Below are positions 17,818 to 28,128 of a stretch of 64,000 nt of DNA, in pieces. This DNA comes from Fibrobacteria bacterium (lineage in GTDB: Bacteria; Fibrobacterota; Chitinivibrionia; Chitinivibrionales; FEN-1185), in assembly GCA_037447435.1 (NCBI GenBank), contig JBBIGR010000002.1, positions 183,441-247,440 of the forward strand, in the 5' to 3' direction. Position 1 is the stretch's first letter; the number at the start of each line of letters is the position of its first letter. The notes below the pieces were generated by a model. That model had not been told where the DNA came from and searched no databases. It saw only the letters and a list, made by a program, of their open reading frames with translations. A program made the translations under genes and the position numbers.

Positions 17818-19383
17818 ATGGCGTACCGAACCGCACGTTGTTCAGCATTGTTTTTATGTATCGTTTTTTTACTTTTCACACCGATTTTTGCGGCAACATC
17901 GCTGACGCTCGCCGTTTCGACCGACAGCGTTCGCTTCACGATACCGGATAATTTTATGGGCCTCAGTTACGGTCCGGACGCCATCGGCGATACGACGCAA
18001 TTGAGTCCGACCGATAATGCGATGCTGTTGCTTTTGCGCCAAATCGGGCCCGGTGTCCTGCGCTTTGGCGGAAATTCCATGGACAATAAGGGAATCATTC
18101 CTTTCGATTCTTTAAAATATCGGCGAGCCTTGGATTTCGTATCGGCGATCGGGTGGAAAACAATGATGGGTTTACCTCTGGGCACCTTTGACACGACCGG
18201 TGCAAAAAGCATCGTTTCATTCATATCCTCTTACGGCAAGAAGAACCTGATTTCCTACGAAATTGGAAACGAACCGGATTTATATTCGCGAAACGGCTTA
18301 CGGGCAACCACGTATGCGGTGACGGATTATGAAAAGGAATTCTCCCAATATTACGCTGCCGTCAGAAAAATAGTTCCCGATGCTCCATTTTCCGGCCCTA
18401 CCACCGCAACCGCGCCGTGGGTCGTTCCTTTTGCCGCAGCCGCCGCTTCACAAATCATGCTGCTCACGCAGCACCACTATGTCGAAGGCCCGGCAGGAGA
18501 CCCGAGCGTTACTATTGCGAAACTGCTTAGTCCTTCGTCGAAGCAGGCTATCGTTTCTAAAATGAACACCATGTACGCAGCAGCTGCCGCAGCCGGCGTT
18601 CCGGCAAGATTATCGGAATGCAACTCGGTATACAGCGGCGGCCAAAAAGGCGTGAGCGATGTTTTTGCCGCAGCCCTTTGGACGGCCGATTTCATGTTCT
18701 CGATTGCAAATGCCGGTATCGTAGGCGTCAATTTCCACGGCGGCGGCACCGGCCCCTATACGCCGATCGCCGATTCCGCCGGCACGCTGAAGCCGCGCCC
18801 GGAATATTACGGCATGCTGTTTTTCAAGTACGCCTCATCGGGAAAAATCGTCAAATCGAAACTCAATGATACGACAGTCAATGTCGGTGCATATGTCGTA
18901 AAATCGAGCGGCGATTCGGTAAAAGTCTCCCTTATAAATAAAGACAGCGTAAACGCCTATACGATAACCGTGCAGGGAATATCGTCTCAAAATCCGGGAA
19001 CGCTTGTCCGTTTACAGGCCGCATCGCTTCATTCGACAAGCGGTATTACTCTTGGCGGGGATTCCATCGGTATAGCGAAAGCATGGTCTCCGAGCGCGTC
19101 CGAAACCGTCGCGCGCTCAGCCAATCAATATGTGGTGAGCCTTCCGAAGGCAAGCGCAGCCGTTTTAACCGTTCCGACCGGATTGACATATACGGAACAA
19201 AGCAGGAATGCGCCGCGAAAAGAAAACGGTACGTCGATACGTATACTTGTTCCCGGTTCCAAATTCAAACCGCTAAACAACGCGCTTTACTATTCATTGC
19301 GCGGTGAAAAAATGGACGGGTATTTTGAGGCGGGAAATCGTAACCGGCAAATCCTCGTCGAACGAAAGAATACGGGCGAGTAA
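17818..19383 (+). CDS. Secreted GH79 beta-glucuronidase-like hydrolase
   Basis: Signal peptide; LRFGGNSMD, YEIGNEPDLY, RLSECNS.YSGG, GVNFHGG, RPEYYG; short CTD-like tail YYSLRGEK. Confidence 0.85.
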   Translation: MAYRTARCSALFLCIVFLLFTPIFAATSLTLAVSTDSVRFTIPDNFMGLSYGPDAIGDTTQLSPTDNAMLLLLRQIGPGVLRFGGNSMDNKGIIPFDSLKYRRALDFVSAIGWKTMMGLPLGTFDTTGAKSIVSFISSYGKKNLISYEIGNEPDLYSRNGLRATTYAVTDYEKEFSQYYAAVRKIVPDAPFSGPTTATAPWVVPFAAAAASQIMLLTQHHYVEGPAGDPSVTIAKLLSPSSKQAIVSKMNTMYAAAAAAGVPARLSECNSVYSGGQKGVSDVFAAALWTADFMFSIANAGIVGVNFHGGGTGPYTPIADSAGTLKPRPEYYGMLFFKYASSGKIVKSKLNDTTVNVGAYVVKSSGDSVKVSLINKDSVNAYTITVQGISSQNPGTLVRLQAASLHSTSGITLGGDSIGIAKAWSPSASETVARSANQYVVSLPKASAAVLTVPTGLTYTEQSRNAPRKENGTSIRILVPGSKFKPLNNALYYSLRGEKMDGYFEAGNRNRQILVERKNTGE

Positions 19384-19463
19384 TACCGCGTACCGAAAAC
19401 GAATCATACTAAATCCGGCCCGTTGCGTATCGAAAACACCTCCGGGCCGTTATTTTTACCTGG

Positions 19464-21739
19464 TCAATTTACTCTTTGAACCCTGCTTGCCGATGTCGCT
19501 GCCGCGCCTGTGCCGTTTATCACATGCGTAATTTCACTTCCGGCAGCTCCGCCCAATCGAAGCGTCAACATATGATGCATTTTAATTCCCGGGCCTGTCG
19601 GCGCTTCGACGGCATTAAAGCAGCTTACCGCATTGGTAAAGACGCAATACACTCCTATTCCCCACGCCTCATGGCTGGTCACGGCATCCGCCACTTTGTA
19701 TGACGCGTACCCGTTTATGCCGTTATGCTGCCAGGAAGCCTGATCGGGCGGATCATAGGGCAATTCCGATTGATACATGTACATACGGCCGCCGTTGCCG
19801 TTCCAGACCGTTTGATACTCCTCGGTATGCTCAGCCATAAGCCCATAAACGGTCATGTTGTTCCCATTGACAATAAGCGCATGGAGATTTTTATTGGCAT
19901 CCCAACCCGGAGTCGCCGCTCCGTCGTCGGCCCTCCAAAGCCACGTATGATCATACAAAACATTATTGCTGCCAACGGTAACAAAGGTAGTGGCCAAACC
20001 GTTAAACGCGCCGCCGGCCCGGCAAAAAATATCATACAGACAAATCGGATCGGTCGAATGAGTTTTTACCGTGCCCGAATCCCCGATTTGCAACAGGGTT
20101 TTGGAATTGACCGTACCGGCTTCAAAAAGAATTCCGCCGATTTTCACGCCGTCCACATCCGAGACCACGATCGCCGGAGTACCTTTGTCGGGAATAAGAC
20201 TGGGAAATCCTATACCGAGAACGATCGTTTGAGGCCGCGCGACCTGAATACTGCTTTCCAAATGATAGTTACCGGGCGTAAACAGCACGTTCTTCCCCTG
20301 GATCAGGGCCGCATTGATGCTCGCCGCATTATCTTTTGCGTCGTGTGCGATGTAGAATAAATCGAGGGGGATATATGAGCCGGCCGATTTTCCCGACGAC
20401 CAACTCGTGCCCTTGCTGCTGTCGGTAACAAGCGCGGGCACGCAAACGGAATACGTCCCGTTTTTATCTATTGTTAAATACGGTTTTTCCCGTATGAGCG
20501 GGGTCTTGTCTATGGTCGTATATAGGGCTGGGACGGCCAAGTCCCCGAAGGAGGATTGACGTCGCCCACAAACACGAGATTCCACGATCCGGTGTTCGGC
20601 CCCCACGTTCCCCATTCGCAATTCCGAGACAACCACTGTTGTTGAACGCCCGGATCTACCGTACCGTCGATCTTCGAATCGGCAAGGAAACCGCCGCTTG
20701 CCCAGCTTTTGTCCCATAATTTCAAATTCCCTTTGATATGCAGCCGCCGTAAGGGAGTCGATTGCGCGACTGCCCACACATTTGCGTTACCGCTTTGCGT
20801 CGGGACCACGGAAAGATTTTCGACGCCGCGCCAAAAATTGACGCATGCATTACCCCAGGTCGTTCCGTCCATGCATCGCACGGCCCCGGTGATTTCAACG
20901 CTGTCCGGCGAAAGGCCCAACCCGAGCACCTGAACATAATAGCCGACCCCGACATCAAGATTGTATTTACCGGGTTTGAAAAGATATGCATAGCGATTCG
21001 TGCCGAATTCGTTTGGTTCCTGCTGCTTATAAATCGTGTTCAATTGGGTTTGCATCGCCGTCGTCGACATAGTCGGATCAAACATAAGAACATTCGCACC
21101 AAAATCAGGAGCCGTATACCGGTCTAAAACAATGTCGATTGTTGCGGATGAAGAACTCAATTGTTCAACATGCGACGCGTAGCCTGCTTTTGTTGCCTGC
21201 AGCCAATCCGCTGCCGCCGTTTTTCTCAACAAAGCTTGGTCGGCCATCGGGCATTCCCCCGAAACGGTAAAATCGCATCCTTCCAGCGGAACAAATTTAT
21301 AATTCGATCTTTTATCCCCGGTTCGTACGCTCATGACGAATGCCTTGCGGCCCAACTTTTCAAACGAGAATGGAACGACCGTAATACCCTGCTTTGCAAT
21401 CCCTTCGTATACCGTAGCGATCAAAACCCCTCGGCAATCGAACAGCTTAACCGAAAAAAAAGAAGGAGTTGCCGTTGTAAAGGCAAACTTGTTTCCTTGA
21501 TACCGAAGAACATTTGCAGCTTGTTGTTTCGCATTTGTTCCCCGTATCGGGGTCGCTGCATTGGTCAAGGTATAAGCGCCGTTTGCATCCGAGGTGTCCG
21601 TCAAACGGGCCGACAAAAGAGTCACGATTGCTCCTTGCAACGGTTGGCCCGATTTGTCGGTAACCGTCCCCGAAATCGAAACGGTTTGACCGAAAATTAC
21701 TTCGACGAATATGATGATTGATAGTATGATTTTTTTCAT
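19464..21739 (-). pseudogene. GH55 exo-beta-1,3-glucanase-like gene split by a 2-nt frameshift (ORFs 20510-21739 and 19464-20777)
   Basis: N-half PDFGANV..FKPGKY..NFWRGVEN..QQQWLSRN; C-half REKPYL..WLWRAD..EH..QSELPYD; removing one TA from tatata (20519-20524) restores QPYTTIDKTPLIREKP and a 757-aa ORF. Confidence 0.85.
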
Positions 21740-21748
21740 TGGACCCGC

Positions 21749-22495
21749 TTATTTGTTTTTATCCTTCATGAGTACCTTATCGAGCTCAAGATTCTTTTTT
21801 ACAAAAGCCTGTTTCGAGGTTACCTGCGAATCGAATTTTTCCTGTGAAAATTTGCCGTCATTGCGAACCGATATTTTCTGACCTGCAACGATCGAACGCC
21901 ATTGTTCCAATGAGACCTCAAAAGGCCCGGGAATTTCCTCAGGCCCGGATATCTCGGTCGGCTGCTCCGCTTTGGCCGATTTCTTCTTTCCCTCGAGGTC
22001 CAATTTCTTTTTAAGTTCGTCGGAGGGACCGACGGCGACTTTCCCCTCATATACGCTGACCGCTGAAGCTGAATCGTCGGCGGTCGACATATTGTAAACC
22101 GTTCCACGGATTGCGGCGACTGCGGTCGGCGTCGCAACTTCAAATTCCTTGCCGGTCGAAATAAGCTTTCGCATATTGACCCATACATTGCCGATCGCGC
22201 TTTTGGTCTTCAATGTTTTTTCGGATGAAGACTCCAGCGTGATTTTAGTTTTTTCGTCCATGCGAAGCACGGTGCCGATGGAATACCGGATTTCGGCAAA
22301 GCTTTCCTGTTGCGTAAAAACCTGGTCTCCTACTTGCAAAGGCATCCCCGGTTTTACATTCTGCCAATCGGAGGAACCGTTGCGCAGCAGCTGCACCGTT
22401 CCTTCGATCGTGGTGATTTTTGCAACCATTTCGGCATGTGCAACCGCGTAAAAATTCATTAAAAGCAATAAGCACAACGAGATTTTATTTTTCAT
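21749..22495 (-). CDS. Secreted FecR-domain protein
   Basis: Signal peptide; LQVGDQVFT, VATPTAVAAIRGT, VSVYEGKV. Confidence 0.85.
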   Translation of the reverse strand: MKNKISLCLLLLMNFYAVAHAEMVAKITTIEGTVQLLRNGSSDWQNVKPGMPLQVGDQVFTQQESFAEIRYSIGTVLRMDEKTKITLESSSEKTLKTKSAIGNVWVNMRKLISTGKEFEVATPTAVAAIRGTVYNMSTADDSASAVSVYEGKVAVGPSDELKKKLDLEGKKKSAKAEQPTEISGPEEIPGPFEVSLEQWRSIVAGQKISVRNDGKFSQEKFDSQVTSKQAFVKKNLELDKVLMKDKNK

Positions 22496-22538
22496 TTTCC
22501 GCTCCTTTTCGCACTCTATTCACAATGGAATTTTATAG

Positions 22539-23633
22539 TTAAGCAATCCATCTTCGGTCGGACGTTCCTTCCACACCCTTGACCTTTAACTCAAAGTCGT
22601 CGGGATTGCTCGCATTTTGCTTTGCCGTTTGAAACGTGATTAAATCGTCCCTGAAAAGCTGCAATAAAGACTGGTCGAAAGACTGGGAACCGTATTGCGT
22701 GTATCCTTCGCAAATTGCGGGCATGATCAAATGGGATTTTTCCGGATTGAGTATATAGTCGGCAACGGTGGCATTATTAATCATGATTTCGGCGGCAGGG
22801 ACAACGCCCGAATTGTCCTTTTTCTCCAAAAGCCGCAGCGAAATAACGGCAACAAGGACGCTCGACAGAACAAGACGTACCTGTTGATGTTGATGCGGCG
22901 GGAAGAAAGAAAGTATGCGGGAAATGGTTTCCATGGCATTCATGGTATGAAGGGTACTCATAACCAAATGCCCGGTATCGGCCGCACTCATGGCCGTGTC
23001 CATGGTATCCTGGTCCCGGATTTCGCCGATAAGAATAACATCGGGGTCTTGGCGGAAAGATGCCCTCAGCGCATTGGCAAATCGCTGCGTATCGGTACCG
23101 ACTTCCCGTTGAGCGATAATACTCATCTTGTCGCGATACAAATATTCGACCGGATCCTCGATTGTCACGATATTGACTGACGTATTGCTGTTAATATGGT
23201 CTATCATGGAAGCCAAAAGCGTCGATTTACCGCTGCCCGTCGTACCGGTAACCAGAATAAGGCCGCGCTTTTTCATCGCGATGTCTAAAATGACGTTCGG
23301 AAGGCCCAACTCCGAAAACGAGGGGACATTGGTTTTGATGGAACGGATCGCCAGTGACGGCGTTCCTCTTTGACGAAAGGCATTTATCCTGAACCGGCCG
23401 ACGCCTTTAAGCCCAATGGCAAAATCGAGCTCGTTTGTTTTTAAAAATATTTCCTTTTGGTCGGGTCGCATGATCGCGGTGCAAATGCCTTCCATTTCAT
23501 CGGCCGTCATGGGCTCGGTTTGCGCCCGGAACAACATTCCGTTTATCCTGAACGTGGCCGCCGTTCCTACACGCAAATGAAGATCCGATGCATTTTTGTC
23601 TATCATTGTTTTTAACAGTGCATTGATGTTCAT
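22539..23633 (-). CDS. pilT: Type IV pilus retraction ATPase, PilT/PilU family
   Basis: ASDLHL, RFRINAF, TGTTGSGKST, TIEDPVE, RQDPDVILIGEIRD, TGHLVMSTLH; lacks the AIRNLIRE motif so may be PilU-like. Confidence 0.88.
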   Translation of the reverse strand: MNINALLKTMIDKNASDLHLRVGTAATFRINGMLFRAQTEPMTADEMEGICTAIMRPDQKEIFLKTNELDFAIGLKGVGRFRINAFRQRGTPSLAIRSIKTNVPSFSELGLPNVILDIAMKKRGLILVTGTTGSGKSTLLASMIDHINSNTSVNIVTIEDPVEYLYRDKMSIIAQREVGTDTQRFANALRASFRQDPDVILIGEIRDQDTMDTAMSAADTGHLVMSTLHTMNAMETISRILSFFPPHQHQQVRLVLSSVLVAVISLRLLEKKDNSGVVPAAEIMINNATVADYILNPEKSHLIMPAICEGYTQYGSQSFDQSLLQLFRDDLITFQTAKQNASNPDDFELKVKGVEGTSDRRWIA

Positions 23634-24712
23634 TGCAATACCTCGATTAATTCGCGTTCCGTTTTTGTCAAAACTTCACAGCCGGAATTTGTCACAACGA
23701 CCATGTCCTCGATTCGGACGCCGCCGAACGAAGTATCGTAAATACCCGGTTCGACCGTTATGACGTCGCCGTTTTCGAGCACGGTTTTATCGGTTTTACT
23801 GATTCGGGGCTTTTCGTGGATCCGAAGACCGACGCCGTGACCGGTTGCATGTCCGAACAGCTTCCCATACCCTTCTTTGTCAATCACCGATCTGCAGGCG
23901 CGGTCCACATCGCTGGCCGATACGCCGGCATAAACGGCCTCTTTACCGATGTGCTGCGCCCGATACACGACATCGTAGATTTCTTTTTGCGCGCGAGTTG
24001 CTTTTCCATAAACAACGGTCCGGGTCATATCGGAACAATAGCCGTTTATCGTGCAGCCGAAATCGCAAAGTATCCAATCCCCTTTTTTAAGTCTCGCCTC
24101 TGCGGGCCTCCCGTGGGGAAGCGCCGCACGTTTGCCGAATAAAACGATCGTATCGAACGAAGGCTTTTCGGAACCGTTTTCTTTACAGAATTCTTCGAGC
24201 GCAAGCGCCGCCTGTTTTTCGGTCATCCCGATTTTTAAAATTGAAAGCAATTTTGTAAACGCAGTATCCCCTGCCTGTGCGGCACGTCTCATACATTCGA
24301 TTTCATCGTCCTCTTTCGGAATCAAAACCGTTTTGGCAACGGCAGGCATTTTAACGAATCGTTTTCCCTTGCCGAAAGCCTTTTTAAAATAGTCGAACTG
24401 GTCGACGGTGACCGCGTCGGACTGGTAGGCAATTATGCTTTTTGACGGGAAATATTTTGCCAATCGTGAGAAATCGTTTTCGCGAATTTCAACGAATTCC
24501 CAATGGGGATTTTTTTTGCAAAAGGTTTGGGCCGCTTCCTTATACCGGAAATCGCTACAAAGCAAGTTCCTTGACTTTGAAACAATGCAATAGGCATTGG
24601 AAGATCTGAACCCCGATACATACTCGGCGTCGATAGTATCCGAAAAGAAAAAATGGGTGATCGGCCCTTTTTTTACCAGTTGCGTAAGTCGGGAAAGCCT
24701 TGTTTGGTTCAC
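23630..24712 (-). CDS. Xaa-Pro aminopeptidase (M24)
   Basis: ALPHG, DFG...SDMTRT, HATGHGVGLRIHE.P, TVEPGIY, GGVRIED. Confidence 0.92.
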   Translation of the reverse strand: MNQTRLSRLTQLVKKGPITHFFFSDTIDAEYVSGFRSSNAYCIVSKSRNLLCSDFRYKEAAQTFCKKNPHWEFVEIRENDFSRLAKYFPSKSIIAYQSDAVTVDQFDYFKKAFGKGKRFVKMPAVAKTVLIPKEDDEIECMRRAAQAGDTAFTKLLSILKIGMTEKQAALALEEFCKENGSEKPSFDTIVLFGKRAALPHGRPAEARLKKGDWILCDFGCTINGYCSDMTRTVVYGKATRAQKEIYDVVYRAQHIGKEAVYAGVSASDVDRACRSVIDKEGYGKLFGHATGHGVGLRIHEKPRISKTDKTVLENGDVITVEPGIYDTSFGGVRIEDMVVVTNSGCEVLTKTERELIEVLQ

Positions 24713-27300
24713 TTTGATTTTTTAATTCTGTTTTTGTACATTTTTTTTATTCGAACGCCGGTAAGCGGTTTTGCTTTTTTCTGTTTCTTGATATTCTCTT
24801 TTTTCATGGCAACGGGCACAACCGGTTCTTCAACCGTATTTTTGCGAGGCATTTTATTTTCCGTAACTGCGGCCGGCTCGATTTTTTCCTGCGCCGCATC
24901 CATGAGCGAAATATGCTTTTGAATTTCTTTGATTTTTTCCGCAATCGTCTCATTGTCCGGGTCCGATTGTAAAATTCTTTGGAAAATTTGCAATGCCATG
25001 ACCGGCTGTCCCTGTTGGAAATAGATGTCCGCAAGCGTAGGAGTAAGAACATGGTCGGGAATCGAATATTGGTCCGTCGCTGCGGCATTTTCATCGTTTT
25101 TTTGGATTTCGGGCATGAGCAAGGTTTCGGAATTATCTTGTTCGTCAATTTGTTCGGGTTCCATATCATCATCATCAATCCGGTCCGGCCCCGGTGTCAA
25201 GACGATATTTTGCAGCGGATCCAGGGTGTCGTGGTCAAGAAAAATATCCGCCTGCGGCTTTTCGACGGTTTCATCGGCGTCTTCAAAGACTTCTTCATCG
25301 GAAATTTCGGATTTTTCTTCTTCAACGTCGTCTTGTTTGTCTAATTCCGACAACATGATTTCTTCCGATTTTGAAGTCTCGGCATTTTCACCCGACATCG
25401 TGTAAAAACCCTGATTGACTTCAGCCTCTTCCTTTTCACCGTCGGGAATCGAATCGATGCCCCCGGCGCCGGCTTCCAGCATTTTATCGGAAAAAAGCTC
25501 GTCCAACCTGCCGACGACATCATCCCCCGACATTTGCGGCTGCTCATCCGCTGCCACATCGTCGTCGATACCGTACTCCGCCGCCGCCGAAGGTACCGCG
25601 GCAGCTTCTTGATTGACAATCGTATTTTCTTCGGGAGGCAGGGCAATAGTGCCTATCATCGTCGCATCGTCGGAAGGCATTTCTTCATCGGAAATATCGC
25701 CGCCGATCATAATGTTTTGTTCTTCAAAAGCGACATCGGGCGCATCCGACGCGACCGGGGTATCGGAAATGTCAAGGCTTTCAGTAACGCCCGCGTCCTC
25801 CAGGCTGTTAACTTTGTCGATTTCATTTTCCTCGTCCTCAAAAATCGATTCCAAACGGGAAGCGACATCGTCACCGGATATCACGGAAGCAACGGCTGAA
25901 TGTTGCAAATCCTGTTCATCGATAGGGCCGGGCATGGTTTCAAGAACATCCATGCCGTCACCCCGATTTTCTTCTTCCTCATGGTTATCCCTCGGAAGCA
26001 GGTCCTCCGGCATCTCGGCGGGAATATCGCTTTCCGAAACGGCCTTTTGTTCTTCATCGAGCATCGTACTGTGCATGTCAAGCAATTTCCCGATTTCGGC
26101 CAAAGGCGCTTCGATCGACGATGTATTGTCTGAAAACATTTCATTCAAACGCTCGGTAACATCCTCGCCGGAAATGTTCTGTCCCTCAATGAGCGAGGGA
26201 GCGGACTTCGGCGGATCGATAAGAACCGCTTCGGTTGATGTTGAAAGGACTTCCGGCTCCTTGATCATTGCTTTTGGATCATACGCTTGGGTAAAATCGG
26301 ATACCATATCCGTATCTGCCGGTTCTGCTTGAGGCGTCGTGTCTCCGAACAATTGCTCCAGCCTCGAGGTAATATCGCTTCCCGAAACAACGGGAACGGC
26401 CGCAGCCTCTTGTATGTCTACCAATGATGCCGCGGAAGTTTCTTCATGCAGGATTCCCTGATCTTCGGCAACGCTTTCGATTACTTCATTTGCTTCGCCC
26501 GAATCTTTATCGAGTGGTCCGGCCTCGTTCTGGGAAATATCCGGTACGGTAAGCTCTTCCGATTCTCCATTGCCGAACAACATCGACATTCTGGAACTGA
26601 CATCATCCCCGGTTATTGCGTCGGCCTGTTTTATTTCGGGAGCATCGCTATCGACCAATTGCTCGGTGCCGGTCAATTCTCCCGGCTTAAATTCCTGCGT
26701 TTTTACGAACATTTCGCCGATATTCGAGGTTTGTTCCATTACAGGCGAAAAAGGTTGTGTGGACAAATCCATTTGAATGGTTTTATCCATGTCTTCCACG
26801 GAGTCAAAATGATCTTGCGAAGAAGACGGAGCTGCCGGAGTTTTTTGAGAAGACACCCCGAGAATTTTCAGTATGTTGGTTTCACCCGTTCCGGCGGACG
26901 CATTTGCAAGCCGGGCTAAAGACTGGTTTTCCGGGTCCATTCGCAATAAATACGTGTACAAATCAGCCGCTTTTTCCTTCATCCCCTGTCGCGCGTAGAT
27001 ATCGGCTATCATTTTTACCGCTACCTGGTTTCTTCTATCGAGCTCGACAACGCGGACAAACTCCCCGATCGCTTCTTTAATCTTTTCCTGTTCAAGATAG
27101 CAACGTCCGAGGATAACCCTTCCCGTGATATAATTGGGGTGAACGCTCAGGCCTTGCGTGCAAACGCCGATGGCATCCTGGATTTCCCCTTTTTTCCTAA
27201 AGCAATCGGCGAGCCGTGAAAAAACCAATGACTGGGAATTTTCAGTCAAGGCTTCCTGATAAAACTTTATCGATGCTTCTTCCTGCCTCACCATAGACAT
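24709..27300 (-). CDS. TPR protein with long acidic linker and internal repeats (FimV/HubP-like)
   Basis: N-terminal TPRs, D/E-rich middle with five SG(D/E/S)DxxxRLxxxF repeats, C-terminal TPTLADIYFQQG TPR, basic tail. Confidence 0.75.
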   Translation of the reverse strand: MSMVRQEEASIKFYQEALTENSQSLVFSRLADCFRKKGEIQDAIGVCTQGLSVHPNYITGRVILGRCYLEQEKIKEAIGEFVRVVELDRRNQVAVKMIADIYARQGMKEKAADLYTYLLRMDPENQSLARLANASAGTGETNILKILGVSSQKTPAAPSSSQDHFDSVEDMDKTIQMDLSTQPFSPVMEQTSNIGEMFVKTQEFKPGELTGTEQLVDSDAPEIKQADAITGDDVSSRMSMLFGNGESEELTVPDISQNEAGPLDKDSGEANEVIESVAEDQGILHEETSAASLVDIQEAAAVPVVSGSDITSRLEQLFGDTTPQAEPADTDMVSDFTQAYDPKAMIKEPEVLSTSTEAVLIDPPKSAPSLIEGQNISGEDVTERLNEMFSDNTSSIEAPLAEIGKLLDMHSTMLDEEQKAVSESDIPAEMPEDLLPRDNHEEEENRGDGMDVLETMPGPIDEQDLQHSAVASVISGDDVASRLESIFEDEENEIDKVNSLEDAGVTESLDISDTPVASDAPDVAFEEQNIMIGGDISDEEMPSDDATMIGTIALPPEENTIVNQEAAAVPSAAAEYGIDDDVAADEQPQMSGDDVVGRLDELFSDKMLEAGAGGIDSIPDGEKEEAEVNQGFYTMSGENAETSKSEEIMLSELDKQDDVEEEKSEISDEEVFEDADETVEKPQADIFLDHDTLDPLQNIVLTPGPDRIDDDDMEPEQIDEQDNSETLLMPEIQKNDENAAATDQYSIPDHVLTPTLADIYFQQGQPVMALQIFQRILQSDPDNETIAEKIKEIQKHISLMDAAQEKIEPAAVTENKMPRKNTVEEPVVPVAMKKENIKKQKKAKPLTGVRIKKMYKNRIKKSK

Positions 27301-27429
27301 TGCTCCTCAAAAGGGCTGATCCGTTGCGGGGCAACGGATAGTTTTAACCGGATAATTTTTATATACCGAACGGAGTACCGTACATACAATCTTACTATGA
27401 AACGCTTTTTTTTTCAATCGAGAATATTC

Positions 27430-27921
27430 TTATTTGTTTATTTCAATTTTTTTAACGAGCAAGGAAGTGGAATGGTCTTTTAAAAATGAAACGATTTGAA
27501 CCCTGCCGCCGTATTTTTCAACGACCGGCTTTTCGAGTATATCCTCGGAATAATCGCCGCCTTTAACATGGATGTCCGGGCGAATTACCTCAAGAAAGGC
27601 ACGGGGATCGTTTTCCCTAAAAATAAAAGCAAAATCGACCATGGCCAAGCTTGCCACGATTGTCAGCCTATCTTGCTCGCTTTGCAACGGTCTTTTGGGT
27701 CCTTTTAAATTCCTGACCACCTCATCGCAGTTGATACCCACAACCAGGTAATCGCCGAGTGAAGCAGCTTCGGACAGGTATTGAACATGCCCTGCATGAA
27801 CAATATCGAAACACCCGTTTGTCGTTACGATTGTTTTGCCGTTTTTTCGCGCTTGGTCCAAAGCGGCTTTAACGTCCATAGACGATGCCAGGGCTTTTTG
27901 GGAAACTATAAAATCCTTCAT
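27430..27921 (-). CDS. rfaE2: ADP-heptose synthase adenylyltransferase domain (D-beta-D-heptose-1-P adenylyltransferase)
   Basis: TNGCFDIVHAGHV, VGINCD, KGPKRP, PDIHVKGGDY, HSTS; start uncertain (GTG at 27966 is an alternative). Confidence 0.88.
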   Translation of the reverse strand: MKDFIVSQKALASSMDVKAALDQARKNGKTIVTTNGCFDIVHAGHVQYLSEAASLGDYLVVGINCDEVVRNLKGPKRPLQSEQDRLTIVASLAMVDFAFIFRENDPRAFLEVIRPDIHVKGGDYSEDILEKPVVEKYGGRVQIVSFLKDHSTSLLVKKIEINK

Positions 27922-27975
27922 TACATCAAAATAATTTTCGTCAGGAGACAATTGGCTGGCGATCACTTTTTTTTA

Positions 27976-28001
27976 AAGAATGTGACGGCCGTCACATTCT
28001 T
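27976..28001. promoter_or_regulatory. Perfect 26-bp palindrome containing a CRP/FNR-family box TGTGA-N6-TCACA
   Basis: aagaaTGTGAcggccgTCACAttctt in the divergent intergenic region between rfaE2 and the 28129 gene. Confidence 0.55.
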
Positions 28002-28128
28002 AGGGTTTTGCCCCGAATCATTTTTCACAGCAACGCATTAAACGCAGGAACTGAAAATCCTTTAATTTTTTATCTTTAATCATGTATATTGACACAGCAA
28101 TAATAACCAAAAACGCCGCTCGAAAGGG

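Noticed and set aside
20519..20524. Dedicated phase-variation tract
   Set aside because: Only three TA units, too short to claim a contingency locus without read evidence.
20525..20777. N-terminus of ORF 19464-20777 as an independent gene start
   Set aside because: This part is off-frame read-through; GH55 similarity in this interval lies in the other frame.
27319..27339. Hairpin atccgttgc-ggg-gcaacggat upstream of the TPR gene as a riboswitch
   Set aside because: A single short stem with no recognisable aptamer consensus.
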